Positions 25,198 through 39,185 are shown, counted from the whole stretch's first letter. The stretch: DNA of 63,636 nucleotides, filler included, from Reticulomyxa filosa (GCA_000512085.1; 22 parts of 22 records of this genome joined end to end with filler, not necessarily neighbours in it); one strand, 5' to 3'. Notes: generated from the letters alone by a model not told the origin. Numbers and translations: made by a program.

Positions 25198-25614
25198 GAT
25201 TGACCCTAAAAAAAAATATTTCTTGTCTTTTTTTTTGTTACGCTTGTAAAATTCTTGATGTGCACTTAAATGTCTTGCTGAAAGCGTTTTCGCTCAACAA
25301 AAACTCCTTGGAATGCACTTTCTATATACTACGCTCTTGTTTTCAATAGACTACATACAAAACAAAATAAAGAAACAGTTTTTTATTCTTATATTGGAGG
25401 GGCAAATGTGTGCGTCGTTTTTCAAGCGAACTTTCCCCTTCGAGTAATTAGCTTGTGATTCTTAACTACGCTTGTAGTCTGGTCTCGTAGTTCTCTATTT
25501 TCAATAATTATCGGCGAAATTGTGTTTAAGAAATGTAAGTTTCATATAGTCGACCCAATTACTTCGTTTTGGGTGTTTGTTCTGCAAGTGTTCTATGAAT
25601 TAAAAATAATAGAA

Positions 25615-26270
25615 ATGACAGAGAGATCAGAAGAAAGTGCAAAAAATGCAACTGAAGGTTCTCAACATGTCTTTTTTCTTTGTGCCACCTTTTGAAATGT
25701 TATTAAAGAGAGTAAAAAAATAACATAGAGAATGGCACACACTGTTCCAGCAACAAAGGAGACGAAGAAAAGAGTGGGAACAGTTTTGTTTTAAAAGAAG
25801 TGTAAAACAAAAACAGCAACACAAAAGGATGTTTGTTTTTTTTAAAACAAGGAAATCTGTTGTGCTTTTGAAATGTGACAGAAACACCTGCCATGAGTGA
25901 AGTTGAGTCGATTGTGTTACTTGGCATGCCCAAGCGAATGTTGAAACTTGCAACCAATCAAAAAACATTTGAGGTTGAAACAACAAAAAAAAATAAAATA
26001 AAATGTGTTTAGAAAAGACACGGTCAACGAAGAAGACGACAACGTTCAATGAAAGAAATGGAAAAAAAGGAGACAATAGAAAATGAAAACGACAGTTCAT
26101 TGTTGGTCGAAGAAAGAAAGGAAGCAAATGACAAGAAGAACGAAGAAAACCAAGCATCGAAGACACAGCTCGCAGACGAGAAGACAGATGACGTTGAATT
26201 GGTAAACGAAGTCCAAATCGACAAACTCGAAATTAGTCAAGACACAAAGAAGCCACCTTTAACAACAACA
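25615..26270 (+). CDS. Acidic/low-complexity protein, 5' fragment
   Basis: E/K-rich exon ~26017-26270; upstream exons uncertain. Confidence 0.35.
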
Positions 26271-26370
26271 NNNNNNNNNNNNNNNNNNNNNNNNNNNNNN
26301 NNNNNNNNNNNNNNTTAATTAATTAANNNNNNNNNNNNNNNNNNNNNNNNNNNNNNNNNNNNNNNNNNNN

Positions 26371-26488
26371 CAAGACTTGTAGATATTTAAAAAAAAAAAA
26401 TTAGGTCTAAATGTTGATTTTTCATTGAGAAAATCAATTATCATCATAAGATATGTTTTATGTGTTCAGTTTTCTTTGCAACCTACTG
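26371..26488 (-). mobile_element. Tc1 terminal repeat (variant B)
   Basis: ...GTTCAGTTTTCTTTGCAACCTACTG|TA, homologous to the other ends. Confidence 0.78.
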
Positions 26489-27191
26489 TATTTTGTAAGT
26501 TTTTAATGGAAAGTTTGTTGTTTTTTTAATTTCGTTGATATTTAATTTAATTTATATTTTTTTGCAATTTAACAATTTGCTGTTAACAATTTACTTTGTG
26601 ACTCTTGTATATTTTCAACTGTTGCACTAAATTCGTTCGTATTTCAACAAATTTCAAAATGCTTTAACCTGCTTATAAACTGCACAGTCAATGGATTCTT
26701 TTATCATTATAATCACGTGCTTGACTTTTGCTGTTCTGTTCGTCTTTTTGAGTGCACACTCCAAGAAAACAAATAAATACGAAATTATTAACGAACAAAA
26801 TAATTAACGCCAAAAACGAACTAAAACATTGAATTTACTTACATTACCAAAAAAGAATTTTTTAATTTTTTACAACATACTATAAAAAATGTTTTAAAGG
26901 TAAATGCGAAATGATATATGTTTTTCTTTTATTGATGGAAATACTTCAAAATAAGATTGTTCATTTCTTGATGTAAAAAGATAACAGATTAAATTTTGTT
27001 TTAAATCGACTAAGTTTGTAAATAGTTGATAGCATGTTGTCAAGATTACTTTAAAAAAGAAGTTTTTCAATATGCGTAAAAATGATTGAACCGTGCCATT
27101 GAAAAAAATGGCATAATTAAAAGGAATTCCAACAAATAGTTGAGAAAGTTGGACAGATAAAAGAAAAAAAGTAGTAGTTCGTACGAAATCG

Positions 27192-28399
27192 TTATAACAA
27201 AATGCATTTGGGGAACAATGAAGAAAAAGCAGAGTCAGCCCAATCGATAAAAGGTTTATTCACAGGAAGAGTACCATCAGCCGAATTATTGCTTTCATTT
27301 TCATCACAAACTTTTGCAACCTCAATTTTAGTGTAAGGTTGGGCGTCATCATGTTCAAGTAGCACTTCGTCAGCTCCATGTTGTGATTGCGATTGGAGTA
27401 GTAACTGTCGGTCATTATCGTGACTACAGCTTTCCGCATCGTCATTTTCGTCCTCGTCGTTCAGCCGAGGTAAAGCAATATCGTCCACATCGGCGGTATC
27501 GGGATCCTTCCGAGCAGATATAACATGCAAGTGATTGGTAGTATTCAAAGTGGTCTTGTCTTTGGGTGACTCTCGAATCAACAAAAATGCATCGTGATAA
27601 CTGTCATTGAAAAGATAATGTTCCGGCAATTGCAATTTAATGGCAAAGTTGCACGATTTGTACAAGTTCACTGCCGCCATATTTTCTGCTTCCACATGTA
27701 ACTCCACATATGCACATCCCAACTCAAACATATGTTGACAGCACATCTCTAACAAATACCGACCTAAACCTGCACGTCGATATTCATTTTTTATCCCAAA
27801 CGTAGCCAAATATCTGTCAATTTTTTTTTTAAGTTAGAATTTTTTTAAGGATTCAAAAAAAAAAAAAAAAAGGGGAAAACAATGTACCCAATCCGTATCA
27901 AACGAGAAGCCGAAAAAAAAAAATTCGATGAGAGGTCCTCTCTGCTCTCTAAGCGGTAGGAAGACACTCCTATTAACTTGGTTTATTTTATTTTTATTTT
28001 TTTTTTGGCATTCATTTTGATGTTTGTTCACACAATTTGTTTGTTTGTCCATTTGATTTGTTTTTTTAAAATTCTTTTCGAAACTTGGTTTGTCGGAATG
28101 TGAAAGAGCAACTTTGTGTGATATATCTTTTTCAATAACGCATTATAAAAACTATCGCCATATTTCACTGGAAACAAGTTATCCTGTATTTTTATGCGAT
28201 TTTCAATCTTTTGTATTTTTTGTGCTTTTCGTTTTAACTCTTCTCTTCTCCTTTCTGTCAACCTTTTGAAAGAGAAAAAAACAAAAAACCACACCCAACA
28301 AGTCGTTTATACATGCAGAGATTTGACTTCTTGAACATTTTCTTCGGATATGCTTCGAAATTCACACTCTTCCAGAAGCTTTGATGACGTGCCTGACAT
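27192..28399 (-). CDS. NAA60: NAA60-like N-terminal acetyltransferase (GNAT) with C-terminal CaaX
   Basis: join(28313-28399, 28085-28183, 27888-27976, 27192-27813), all phases close; LFPVKYGDSFY, YLATFGI..YRRAGLG, VELHV..N..A..LY, HYLFNDSYHDA; ends CILL. NAA50 not excluded. Confidence 0.75.
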
Positions 28400-28600
28400 T
28401 GCTTATTATTCAAAAGCAGCGGCCAACGTGAATTTGACAAAATTTTTCTTTGAACGAACCCTTGACGCTCTTCAACTAGGAGAGAAGACGAAAAGTAGTT
28501 TTAGGCAAGACATAAAAAGCTTTTCATGTTCGTAATCCACCAGAATTAATCACCGTACCTTTCAAGAGGAAAAAAAAAAACTAGGGTTTCATGAGCAAAG

Positions 28601-29030
28601 ATGTTGCCATTCTCTGCGATTGCATCCATTGTAAATGTGTTAGGTGAGCCATGGTTAACCTCCTCTCGTCGTGAATTTATAACAGCGGTGATATTTGTCT
28701 CATTGTTTGGGCTATCTTTGGTCCTGACGTGTGTACGGACATACCAAATATGGAGGCAAGGAAAGGACGTGTGGCACTACTGGCACGTGACATTATCGCA
28801 TATTATGATGATGTTTTTGTTCACCTTATTTCTGTGCATATCCAGTTCCAATTTCCTGCCAATGGTAACTTCCAGCCGTTATGTAAAACAGGCCAATATA
28901 TCTTGCACAACAAGATACGTAGCCCTATTGTTCACACATTGGGCAAGTAGAATATTGATGTATACATTCTTCAGCTTGAGAAGCTTTGTAAGCTTTGAAA
29001 GTAGTTTTATGGCATTCAATCCAAAAAGTT
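28601..29030 (+). CDS. 7TM/GPCR-like membrane protein, N-terminal part
   Basis: Three TM helices, a Cys before TM3 and ...YTFFSLRSFVSFESS after TM3; truncated by contig end. Confidence 0.6.
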
Positions 29031-29052
29031 ACTCCATTTCTCTTCCCCTTCC

Positions 29053-29094
<42 letters not shown>

Positions 29095-30484
29095 NNNNNN
29101 NNNNNNNNNNNNNNNNNNNNNNNNNNNNNNNNNNNNNNTTAATTAATTAANNNNNNNNNNNNNNNNNNNNNNNNNNNNNNNNNNNNNNNNNNNNTTTTTA
29201 AAATAACGAAGAGATATTTTTATTTATTGAATTAACTTTATTTCTTAAAAAATCAAGTTAGTAAATTTTATAATATTTTAAACAAAGTCCATCCATTCAT
29301 CTTTTATATTTCTTTGCATTATACAATGGCTGGAGTTTTTAACGGTAGTTTTTTTATTTTAAAACATTTTACGCAACTTATAATCTCTCTGTTCAAGTGG
29401 CATTGAAAAAGTATTATTATGACATCAATATTTTTTATAAGTAAATTATTATTTGTTCCACAGACTGTCACATAATAAGCATAATTAATATTACAACAAA
29501 AGATCTTATTTCAATCACTTGTTTGTAAAAATACGCATCAATATTGTTATGTTATGTGATAGGAAGAAAAGAAATATAATAAAAAATAATTTAATTAAAT
29601 AAAAATGATTAACAAAAATCATTTCATTACAAATTATTAAATTTTGCTTAACATTGTACACATTACTAATTAACTTGATCATTTGTATTAAATGTAACCA
29701 TTAATTGTTTACCAGATCGAACTTGTTGTTTCTTAAACCATTGTTTAAGATAATGTTTTTGTAAATAAAATTTATCCAATACATTTACTACCGTTTTCAT
29801 TAGCCAACTGATTTTCTCTTTATCTCACGCACAATAAAAGCTAAGCTCATCATTTGTGTTTAATCATTTAATGAAATAATTTTGAGATATTTCAATATAT
29901 AAAAATGTTAAAAGAATTGAATGTACTTTATTATGTGTCAAAATTAAATTGTTTTGCTTAACATATATCTATTGATCCATATTAATCTTATCATCAATCT
30001 TCAGAATAATTATTTAATGTAATAAATATATTTATGAAATATCAAATGAAAACTTATCAACTCTATCATTATAATCAAAATACACTCTTTCATTATGTAA
30101 TCAGAATATTCACATAAAATTTTTATTTCTTAAATGATTTAGACTAAGTTCAATATTATATTGTTAAATAATTTGACCTATTTAGAAACCATTTTATCAA
30201 ATTCCTACATTTGTCCTTTTTTAATAATATTCTTCAATGCAATGTTACACAAAAAAATACAATACTTGAAATATCTTGTAATTTATTTTGATATTTGAAT
30301 ACAATTTCTATTTATTATGCTTTTCAATTCTTTAAAAAACATTAAACGAAAATTTTTTAATTTTTTTAAACAATAAATTAACATCTTTCAATACTTGCAT
30401 TCAATCAAATCAAATAAGTTCATATCCTTTAATCAAACTTTTCAAAACAAAAGTACTTTCATTTCTTATCTGTTAAAAAGTAAA

Positions 30485-30708
30485 TTATTCCCAAATACGA
30501 ATGAGACCATTGCATGAACCATAACATAAATTCAAATCATATTTAACATTCTTTGTTTTCTCTTTCTTTTTCAATTCAATAAATTTAAGACAAAATATTC
30601 CAATATCTTTTTTTTCATCTCCTTTGATCATATATAATTCATTCTTATTTGATCGAATATCCCAAAAACGAATTGTATTATCAAATGATCCAGAACATAT
30701 CACATTTG
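30485..30708 (-). CDS. WD40 family protein, C-terminal fragment
   Basis: ICSGSFDNTIRFWDIR...LCYGSCNGLIRIWE. Confidence 0.85.
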
Positions 30709-30808
30709 NNNNNNNNNNNNNNNNNNNNNNNNNNNNNNNNNNNNNNNNNNNNTTAATTAATTAANNNNNNNNNNNNNNNNNNNNNNNNNNNNNNNNNNNN
30801 NNNNNNNN

Positions 30809-32207
30809 GTAGTAAGGCTTCCATGATTTGACGAGATATTAGATTTCCATCAACAACAATTCGACCATGAGGTTGCAACTTATGCTTTCATGTATGCAAC
30901 CATCGATATTGTTGTGGTTGCTGTTACAATTACCATTATCGATGGGAACTCGCTGCAGCACCGATGACAATATACAAAGCAAAAAAGTGTCCATTCGCAT
31001 TCCAAAATTTCGTTATTGAAATATCTATTAAAATATTTCGAGCAACACATATCACATACATAAAAATAAATAATCAATATACGTATAAAGATGTTGTGTT
31101 GCTATTAGTTATTGAATATGTACATGTTAAAAAAAAAATGTATAATAAAAACTTTTTTAAGCAATGGACCCAAACACAATTACAACGACAGGTAACATGA
31201 ACCTGGAATAAGCAAACATAAATAACCAATCGAATACTGTGTGGAAAATGATGGGAGGAGGGTTCAACTGCTGATATAAAATGTTATTCATTATTCACCC
31301 AGCAGGCCCAGCACCATCAATACGTTGCCAATATCACAATTTTTTCTTGGTTCGCTAAATAATGAAGTGGCCTTTGAATTGTCAATTCAATTATAGATTG
31401 TTACTTTTTTTGACAAATGTGCAACAACATCAGCTTTTCCGTGCACACCAAATTAAATCGCTGAATACAGCAGTGGTACCAAAATATTGGCGAGCACAAA
31501 TGTGTTAAACAATTGACAAAAGAGTAAAAGGGAACCTGGACCGCGTTTCGTCGTTGCCATCACAAGCATCACTGGTGCTGCGTTTGACATTGTCACACCA
31601 GTCAAGAAGCTTCCTTTGGGTGCACAATATGTGAAATTAGTTCATGTATAAGATTGCGCAAGGCCGCCACTCGTGGGTGTGAAGAGCTATTTCATAACAA
31701 AAGTAAAGTTGACATAATATCTTTTTTACTTTCTATAATAAATCCGACATCATCATCACTCATCATATCTTCATTCTATTGTTTGCTTGTGATATCGGCT
31801 TGAAGTTTCGCAGAAATCTTTCACTAAATTTAGTCACGGTATCGGGAGAATAGTGCCATGTGAAAGTGTGCTCACTCGACCGCCATGTGTGATTATGTAT
31901 TTCCTACAACGTCCACTTCTTCTTTGTCTTGCATTTCTTCGGCCGATCTAGTCGCTGCTGTCGTTGCGATACTACAATGTCGATATCATTTCATTTTCAT
32001 TTTACGCGATATTATCACGTATTTTTTTTTCTTGACAAATTTGCCTTCGTAGTCGAACAGCACCAAGATCCAGATCGTCGGCGATTCAACTGTGATAATT
32101 TTTTTTGCAACGATTCCAATTTCATATCGAATTCATTCGTTCAAGTCGCTCTTGTGATATGAGACATACTTTGACCTTGGCTAATGGTCGTGATTGGAAA
32201 TTCTCGC
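30809..32207 (-). pseudogene. Decayed paralog of 56552-58100
   Basis: Shared blocks in the same order (GCAACCATCGATAT, AATAATCAATATACGTATAAAGATGTT, GCACACCAAAT, TCACACCAGTCAAG); no long ORF. Confidence 0.6.
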
Positions 32208-32307
32208 NNNNNNNNNNNNNNNNNNNNNNNNNNNNNNNNNNNNNNNNNNNNTTAATTAATTAANNNNNNNNNNNNNNNNNNNNNNNNNNNNNNNNNNNNN
32301 NNNNNNN

Positions 32308-32344
<37 letters not shown>

Positions 32345-32347
<3 letters not shown>

Positions 32348-34135
32348 ACCTTCGGGTCGACCAACAAATCGCATGGACGAATGATAGTTGTCATTCAATT
32401 GTTTTGCTTTGTTGCGTGCAAATTGATGGAACCACAATCCGTCAGTCCACGATCTTTGAAAGGATCCATATCTGGCCGGGTCGTAAATGCGCTCATGACG
32501 ATGACCACCGTCATGATCACCGCGAATTGGGACCATGTGCAATTTCTTGTGGGACACTTTTTTCTCTTTCCAAGACAATCGTTTCTTCTTCAATTTCGTT
32601 TGCACCGAAGTGGCAGTGGCAGTGAAAGAATTTGACTTGATGGGTGATCGTGGGGCACTACTGATATGCCATTCCACGGTATCTCCAGCTGCGATGACAC
32701 TACTTTCTCGTTTGGCTTTCGCTGCTCCCACAGACACTGGCGTACCAATGACCATGACTTGGTCAAAGAAGGCCTGAAATAAGGCATAGCGAGGTCTTTG
32801 AGCAGATATCACAAATGTAATTTCGAGACGTCTGGAAAACGCGTAAATCATCTCCATCATTTCTTGACATTCGTTGTTGCTTAAGTCATCCAAAATCAGA
32901 TCCAAAAAGATCAATTTTATGTCGTAAAGAATGCAGTCGATTGTAATTTTCAATCGACGATATGCAGCTTTGGATAAGTCACACACTTTGGTTTGTTTTG
33001 GATACGTAATCTCTGCCAATCGTAATACGTGTTGAATCAATCCATATTTTGATTCATTCATTGCTGATTCTGATTATTTTTATCAATTGTTTATATATAC
33101 GCATATATATATATAAACGTCATTTTTTTTTTTTTTTAAAAATAAATAAGGTATCCCTTCATTTGCAATGTGACCCAACTGTGGTGCCTGCGCCCTGACA
33201 AGCAAACATGCAACTCGACCAAATCGAAGACAGTGGCTCTTGTGAAATTTGAGAAGGAGTGCTAATGTTTTTTGCAGCCAACAAGAATGTTGTTTAAAGT
33301 TGAGAGAAACAGCATGAGTGCGTTTAATGTGTATGTTATTTGTCAAAACTTGATGCGAAATAAAGGAGGCCAAACTGGCGGTGACAAGTGAGCCACTGAC
33401 AGTGCTTCCATTCAAAAAGATGAGTCCGGATACAATGTAATCAGGACTGACATCATATCCTGCCAACACGCGAAGCATCGCTGATTTATGTTCCGATCCG
33501 ATCACACAAGTAATTTGTGTCGGTAAAAAAGTGCCAGTGAGATGAGTCAGCACCGGGTCAAGAGGCTTGTCTGTCGAAGAAAGGGCTCTTCGGTGCACGC
33601 ACACATCTTCGAATCGTAACACGACCCCATAAGGCGGTAATAAATATCTTGAATCACTTATTTCTGCAATGACGCACTTTTTTTTTTTTATTTTTTTTTT
33701 ATTTAAATGGTCAACTGTAAAAGATAAGTCGATATAAGCACAGACATAAAAACGAAGAAAGAGAAATCTTCTCAACATTCTTTAGCTCTTGAATCGATTG
33801 CATTAAGAGTTTGCGATGTCCAACCGAGACAATGTGCAGATTATATTCTAGCTCCGCTTCGGTCAATTGAATAAGGTCTTGTCCTTTGATGTGATTTTTT
33901 AAGAATGCGTCTGCATATTGGCTAACCCCTCCTTCCAGACTCTTCACCCATACATAAACATCTCCAATTGACCACTGTGAAATTTCGTCGTCCCCTCCAA
34001 ATGGGTCTGCAGGAACAAATTTACTATTCAATGCAATTCGTGCAGGTCCTCGGAACCTCACAGGCGCATTTCTCGCATAAGTCGGAGGCATTGTATCTGC
34101 TGTCATTCCGTTGCCTATCTGCTGTCCACCTGACT
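32345..34135 (-). CDS. SAM domain + ABCG-type NBD with degenerate ATPase motifs (partial)
   Basis: SAM: WSIGDVYVWV...YADAFLKNHIKGQDLIQLT...VGHRKLL. Phase-0 intron 33677-33776. LRFEDVCV, VLTHLTGTFLPTQITCVIGSEHKSAML, LSKAAYRR, IFLDLILDDL, ISAQRPR. Confidence 0.75.
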
Positions 34136-34329
34136 GACTCAAGGGAGGGGATTTAAAAACAACAACAAAATATTCAATATGACAAAATTTATTTCATTTT
34201 TTATTTTGTTTAAAAAAAAAAAAAAAAAANNNNNNNNNNNNNNNNNNNNNNNNNNNNNNNNNNNNNNNNNNNNTTAATTAATTAANNNNNNNNNNNNNNN
34301 NNNNNNNNNNNNNNNNNNNNNNNNNNNNN

Positions 34330-35150
34330 ATTTTACATTCATAACAAGGTTCTAATAATCCAAAGCAAGACAATACGATTATGCTCCAACAACCAAATTT
34401 TGATGTTTTTATGATTGTATTTTCGGTAGGTGACACTAATGGTCTCTTTCAAATATGACGCCTTCAATAACTACATCTTAAATTAATTTTACTTTAATCA
34501 GAGAAAAGGACTTTTTTTCAGTCATCGAATGTAAATTGCGTGTATTTCTTTGCAAAATTAAATCTTGCTGTCTTATTTTTTTGTGTTAAGAATGGTTTTT
34601 TCTTCAAAGTAGTAGCATTTAATCTGTTTTTTTGAAGCATCCTGATTATTGTTGCACATGAAATAGAAGCAAATCTTCTTTTTACAGTAATCTTTTCACT
34701 TATTCAGATGTAACACATTTGCCAGTAACTATCTACAGTGTAATATGACACTGAATTCGTTATGGTACTTTTAACAAAAGCATTTTTCTTGATAACTTTT
34801 TTAGTCTTGAAAGTCAGCTTCAATTTACGCACACATTTATGACTTACACGAAATTTTTTTACAACTTTGCGCAAACGCCACGCCATTGTTAAAATTACAA
34901 ACTACTTTAGTAATTTAAAAAAAAATGATTAAAAATTCAAATATCGAAATATACCTAGGTAAAAAAAATAAAGGAGAAAATATTGAAATAATTATGAAAG
35001 ATTAAATAAAAAACCAAAATGATATTTAAAAAATATACAATTCGTAGATATTTTTTAAAAAATTAAGTCTGAATGTTGTTTTTTCATGAAGAAAATCAAT
35101 TATCTATATAATGTGTCGTTTTAAGTGTCAACTTTAATTTGCATTATACG
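34330..35150 (-). mobile_element. Tc1-family transposon with pseudogenised transposase
   Basis: Minus strand: LRKVVKKFRVSHKCVRKL (HTH)...KKKPFLTQKNKTARFNFAKKY...DD*KKVLFSD*SK...KFGCWSIIVLSCFG; terminal repeat and TA at 35150. Confidence 0.92.
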
Positions 35151-36542
35151 TATCTTTTTTGTTTTTCGAAAGCTATTTGATATGTATTTTTATATTTATT
35201 ATTGCTGCCAAATAAATGAACAAGTACAATATAAACATTATATATTAATAATATATTTTCCGAATATTCACTTTATATTTTAATCATATTGTTGAGTTTT
35301 GTATATAAACTAACGTTTACCTAATTGCAATATCTTTTATGTCTTTATAATTAATAAATTTGTTGTGACAATGGACTTATATACAGTAAATATATGTTAA
35401 TATAGTAATACTACAAATAAATAAGCTAGTTTGTATTATGACTAAGTCAAATATTAATATTATCATATAAATTGTGGAAAGTTATATTTTATTGTATTGA
35501 GGTTCAATCTTGATATACTTTCGTTTAAATTTCAAAAGTCAATTTATTGATAATGTTATCTATATAAGTATATGTTTCAGATTTTTTATTTTTCAAAAAG
35601 AAATATAAAAAATAATAAATTTTGTATATGTTACTTAACTCAATAACAGTCACCTTAACATACACAAAATAATACACATTTTATATTTTCAATTATAATT
35701 TTTTTGAGTAATAGAACAAACAAGTCAAAAATAAATAAAAAAATTATTTTAGATAATTTTGTTTTTGCATTTTTTTCTTTTCTTTATTTTTTCTTTTCTT
35801 TTTTTTCTAATTATTTGTTTATTAGTTTTACTATTTTGTAAAATTTAATTGAATGATACAAATATTAACGCGTTCGCCGGAGTATTTGAAAAGGACTAAT
35901 GTCAAAATTAAATATTTATTTCACTTTCTTTCAATAATCAATTGGTACTAACTTCAGAACAATGTTTTCGACTGGACGTGACTGAATTATATGAAAAGTA
36001 ATTGGCTTAACTATATAAAAAATTGGGAATGACACAATTAGCACTATTACTGCCAGAAGCAGAACTGATTGTTTGCATGATACATTCCAAGTTTATTATC
36101 TCAGCAGAAAAAATAGTTGTAGTAAGAATTATGTTTAATCAAGAAGCTCCTTTTAACGCAAAAAATTACTCATTCAGTCTTTTACTGCAATCAGCTTGAA
36201 ATATTTGGTTTGTTTGGAGTGTAGGTGTTAAGTAGTTTGCAAAGCCCGATTTGAGTATTGAGAAGTTGTACTGACAACTTTCAAATGTTACAAAATTTCT
36301 TGCAAAGGAAGATGTTATACAAACAAGATAATACTGTCCACCAACTTCAATACTACTTTATTGTGTGTAATTGCTATGAAGTTTACAACTGTTTTGTAGT
36401 TTCAGAAACTCAGAAATTTTAAATTCTTTCAAAAAGTTTCTTGAGAAACTCCATTTTATATTATTTGGAAGCCAACAAACCTGTCAAATTATTATTTTTA
36501 AGTAAAAAAATTGCATCAATAAAACTGCAAAAGTGAAAAATA

Positions 36543-37752
36543 ATGATACCATTTCCTGGCTTGGAGCATCGGCAAGCCAGTTTGTCGCCAGCCACAACGG
36601 AAACAGTTTCAAGTGGTTTGACACCCCGAGTTTGAGCGAGAAAACAAACAAACAACAAAAAACAAGCAAAACAAAATAAGTACACAAAGCAAATAAAAAG
36701 AGAGTTGTTGATTGGGGGTTTGTTGGGATGGCCTTGACAAAAATAAAAAGCATTCAATGGTAGAAATAATCGAAAAGGTGTTATTACCATCAAATGAAAG
36801 CCAATGGATTGAGGGATTATCGATCACAGCAAAGGAGTGGAAAGGTGGAAAAACATATTTAAAGGAATGGGAAGGTGTGTTCACACGAGTGGACCAAGTG
36901 TTAAATCAAGCCATCAGTCAACAAAATAATGCATTAATCATTGCGATATTAGAGTTTTTGATTCTCTTGATAACACATTCTCATCGAGTGTCCATCACTC
37001 AATTCAATGCACTATCAGTTCCATTTTATCTTATTTTTTTTTGAGTAGTAGAAAGTAGGGAAGAAGGAAGGGGCAAAGGGGGGGGTAGAGAAGGGAAAAG
37101 GGGGGGGGGGAACAAGAAAAAACTTTTTTTTTTTGAAAAAAAAAAAGATTGAATTTTGTGTGACGGTTGTTTGTAATTGTATTTTTTTAATCCCATTGTA
37201 TTACAGTTGGATATTTTGAAGAAATTGATAGATTTAGACGATATCACTATATTATGTAGAGTATTGGATATTTGGAATGCTTGTGTTATGTGTCTTTTTG
37301 TTTGTTTATTTGAATGAGTGGTGGGTTCTGTGTGAATTCTTAAAAAATAAAAAAAAGAGGAGCGAAGTTGCGATTGGATAGGATAAAATTAGAACGAAAA
37401 TAATAAAGCTCCCCCCTCCCCTTAAAAAAAAAAAAAAAAAACTCCAAGTATTGCACATGCGTATTCAATGTATCTGTGAAATGTTAAAAAAAAAAAATGA
37501 CAGTGGCACAAATCGGGCAGCACAGTATTGCTAGATCATGAAGAAATGAAAAAAGAAGCCTTGGAATTGGGACTGCTCTCCGTCAGTCAATTTAGTAATC
37601 CTTTGCCAGATCGATTGTTAAAATATAGTGGATTAGTGTCTTTTTGTGACAGAAAAGTAGATGAAGAGCTCAAACAACACTTGCGCATAATTGTGATCAA
37701 AAAAGAAGACTTGAAGTCAAAGAGTACATTAAAAACAGCAGAACAAAGTTAA
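36543..37752 (+). CDS. HUWE1/Tom1-like HECT ligase N-terminal region (partial)
   Basis: WKGGKTYLKEWEGVFTRVDQVL...LIIAILEFLILLITHS...LKKLIDLDDITILCRVLDIW resembles DUF908; phase-0 intron 36630-36750. Confidence 0.55.
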
Positions 37753-38026
37753 CCTTGCAAAATCAGACTTACTTCAATCACCTTCATCATGCATTAAAAA
37801 AAAAAAAAAAAAAAAAGAAGGGAAAGGAGAGAAAAATAGCACTTTGTATGGAGTGGAGTGCAGAATAAATAAACTATATAATAAAAAAAAAAAAAAAAAA
37901 AAAAAAATTTTTCTTTTTTTTTTTTTNNNNNNNNNNNNNNNNNNNNNNNNNNNNNNNNNNNNNNNNNNNNTTAATTAATTAANNNNNNNNNNNNNNNNNN
38001 NNNNNNNNNNNNNNNNNNNNNNNNNN

Positions 38027-38250
38027 AATGTGATATGTTCTGGATCATGGGATAATACAATTCGATTTTGAGATATTCGATCAAATAAAAATGAATTATA
38101 TTTGATTGAAGGAGACAAGAACGAAGATGGTGGAATATTTTGTCTTAAATTTATTATATTGAAAAAGAAAGAAAAGACAAAGAATGTTACATATGGTTGA
38201 ATTTGTGTTATGGTTCAGTCAACGGTCTCATTCGTATTTGTGGATAATTT
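38027..38250 (+). pseudogene. WD40 C-terminal pseudogene fragment
   Basis: Paralog of 30485-30708 with an in-frame TGA and a frameshift. Confidence 0.8.
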
Positions 38251-39185
38251 ACTGTTTTGTCGAATAATAAATGAAAGTGTTTGTTCTTTGAAAATTTTGA
38301 TCAACAGAAAAGTAAGGTAATATTAAATTTGTTTGATTTGATTGAATTCAAGCATTGAAAGATCTGTTCAATCTTATTTTGTTATTTAAAAAAGTTTAAA
38401 AAGTTGCGTTTAATGCTTTTCAAAGAATTGAAAATCATAATAAATAAAAATTGTATCCAAGCAGCAAGATATTTCAAGTATTGTGTTTTTTTCATTGCAA
38501 ATCACTGCTAATTTTTTTGATTGCTTTTTTAATGTCTATTTGCTATTGTTTTTTGTATAGTGCCGAACACTCAAAACAGGATAAAGTAAAAATAACAACA
38601 GAGTACATTATCAAAAGCAATATTTTCTCTTGAAGCAAGATATGATATTTACATCACTTGGGCACATAAAATAACAAAAAAATTATTTTGAACAATATTT
38701 TGAGACGATTTTAAATTGAAGTAATGTTAAAGCATGACTCATGGCAAGTTGTTTGGAAATGTTTCTACTTAGTCAATGTGGTCACAAATACAAAACTAGT
38801 TCATGTTTAAGATTGTGACATGTCAATCATAACACGTTACTAATTTAAAATTAATTTGGACTATCTCTTTTAGAATAGTCATTGCATATATTAGTATCAT
38901 TCAATTTTCTATTCCAATCTCCACTTGTTTTTACAAACAACAAACATATCAATAACATTCATATTCCTTTATGTATTTTATATGCTTTGATGTGTGCAAG
39001 CAGTTATATTTTTAATCAATCTTTCAGCTTAACAAAAAAGGGAAAATGTTAGTAAATCTCATGACTATGATAACAGACATATATGAAACAAAAACCCAAA
39101 ATTAAATCCATATTTAAAGAAAGTATGACTTATACACATCATAATTGTGTCTTGATAAAAAACCAATTATCTCCTATGTCAAAAT

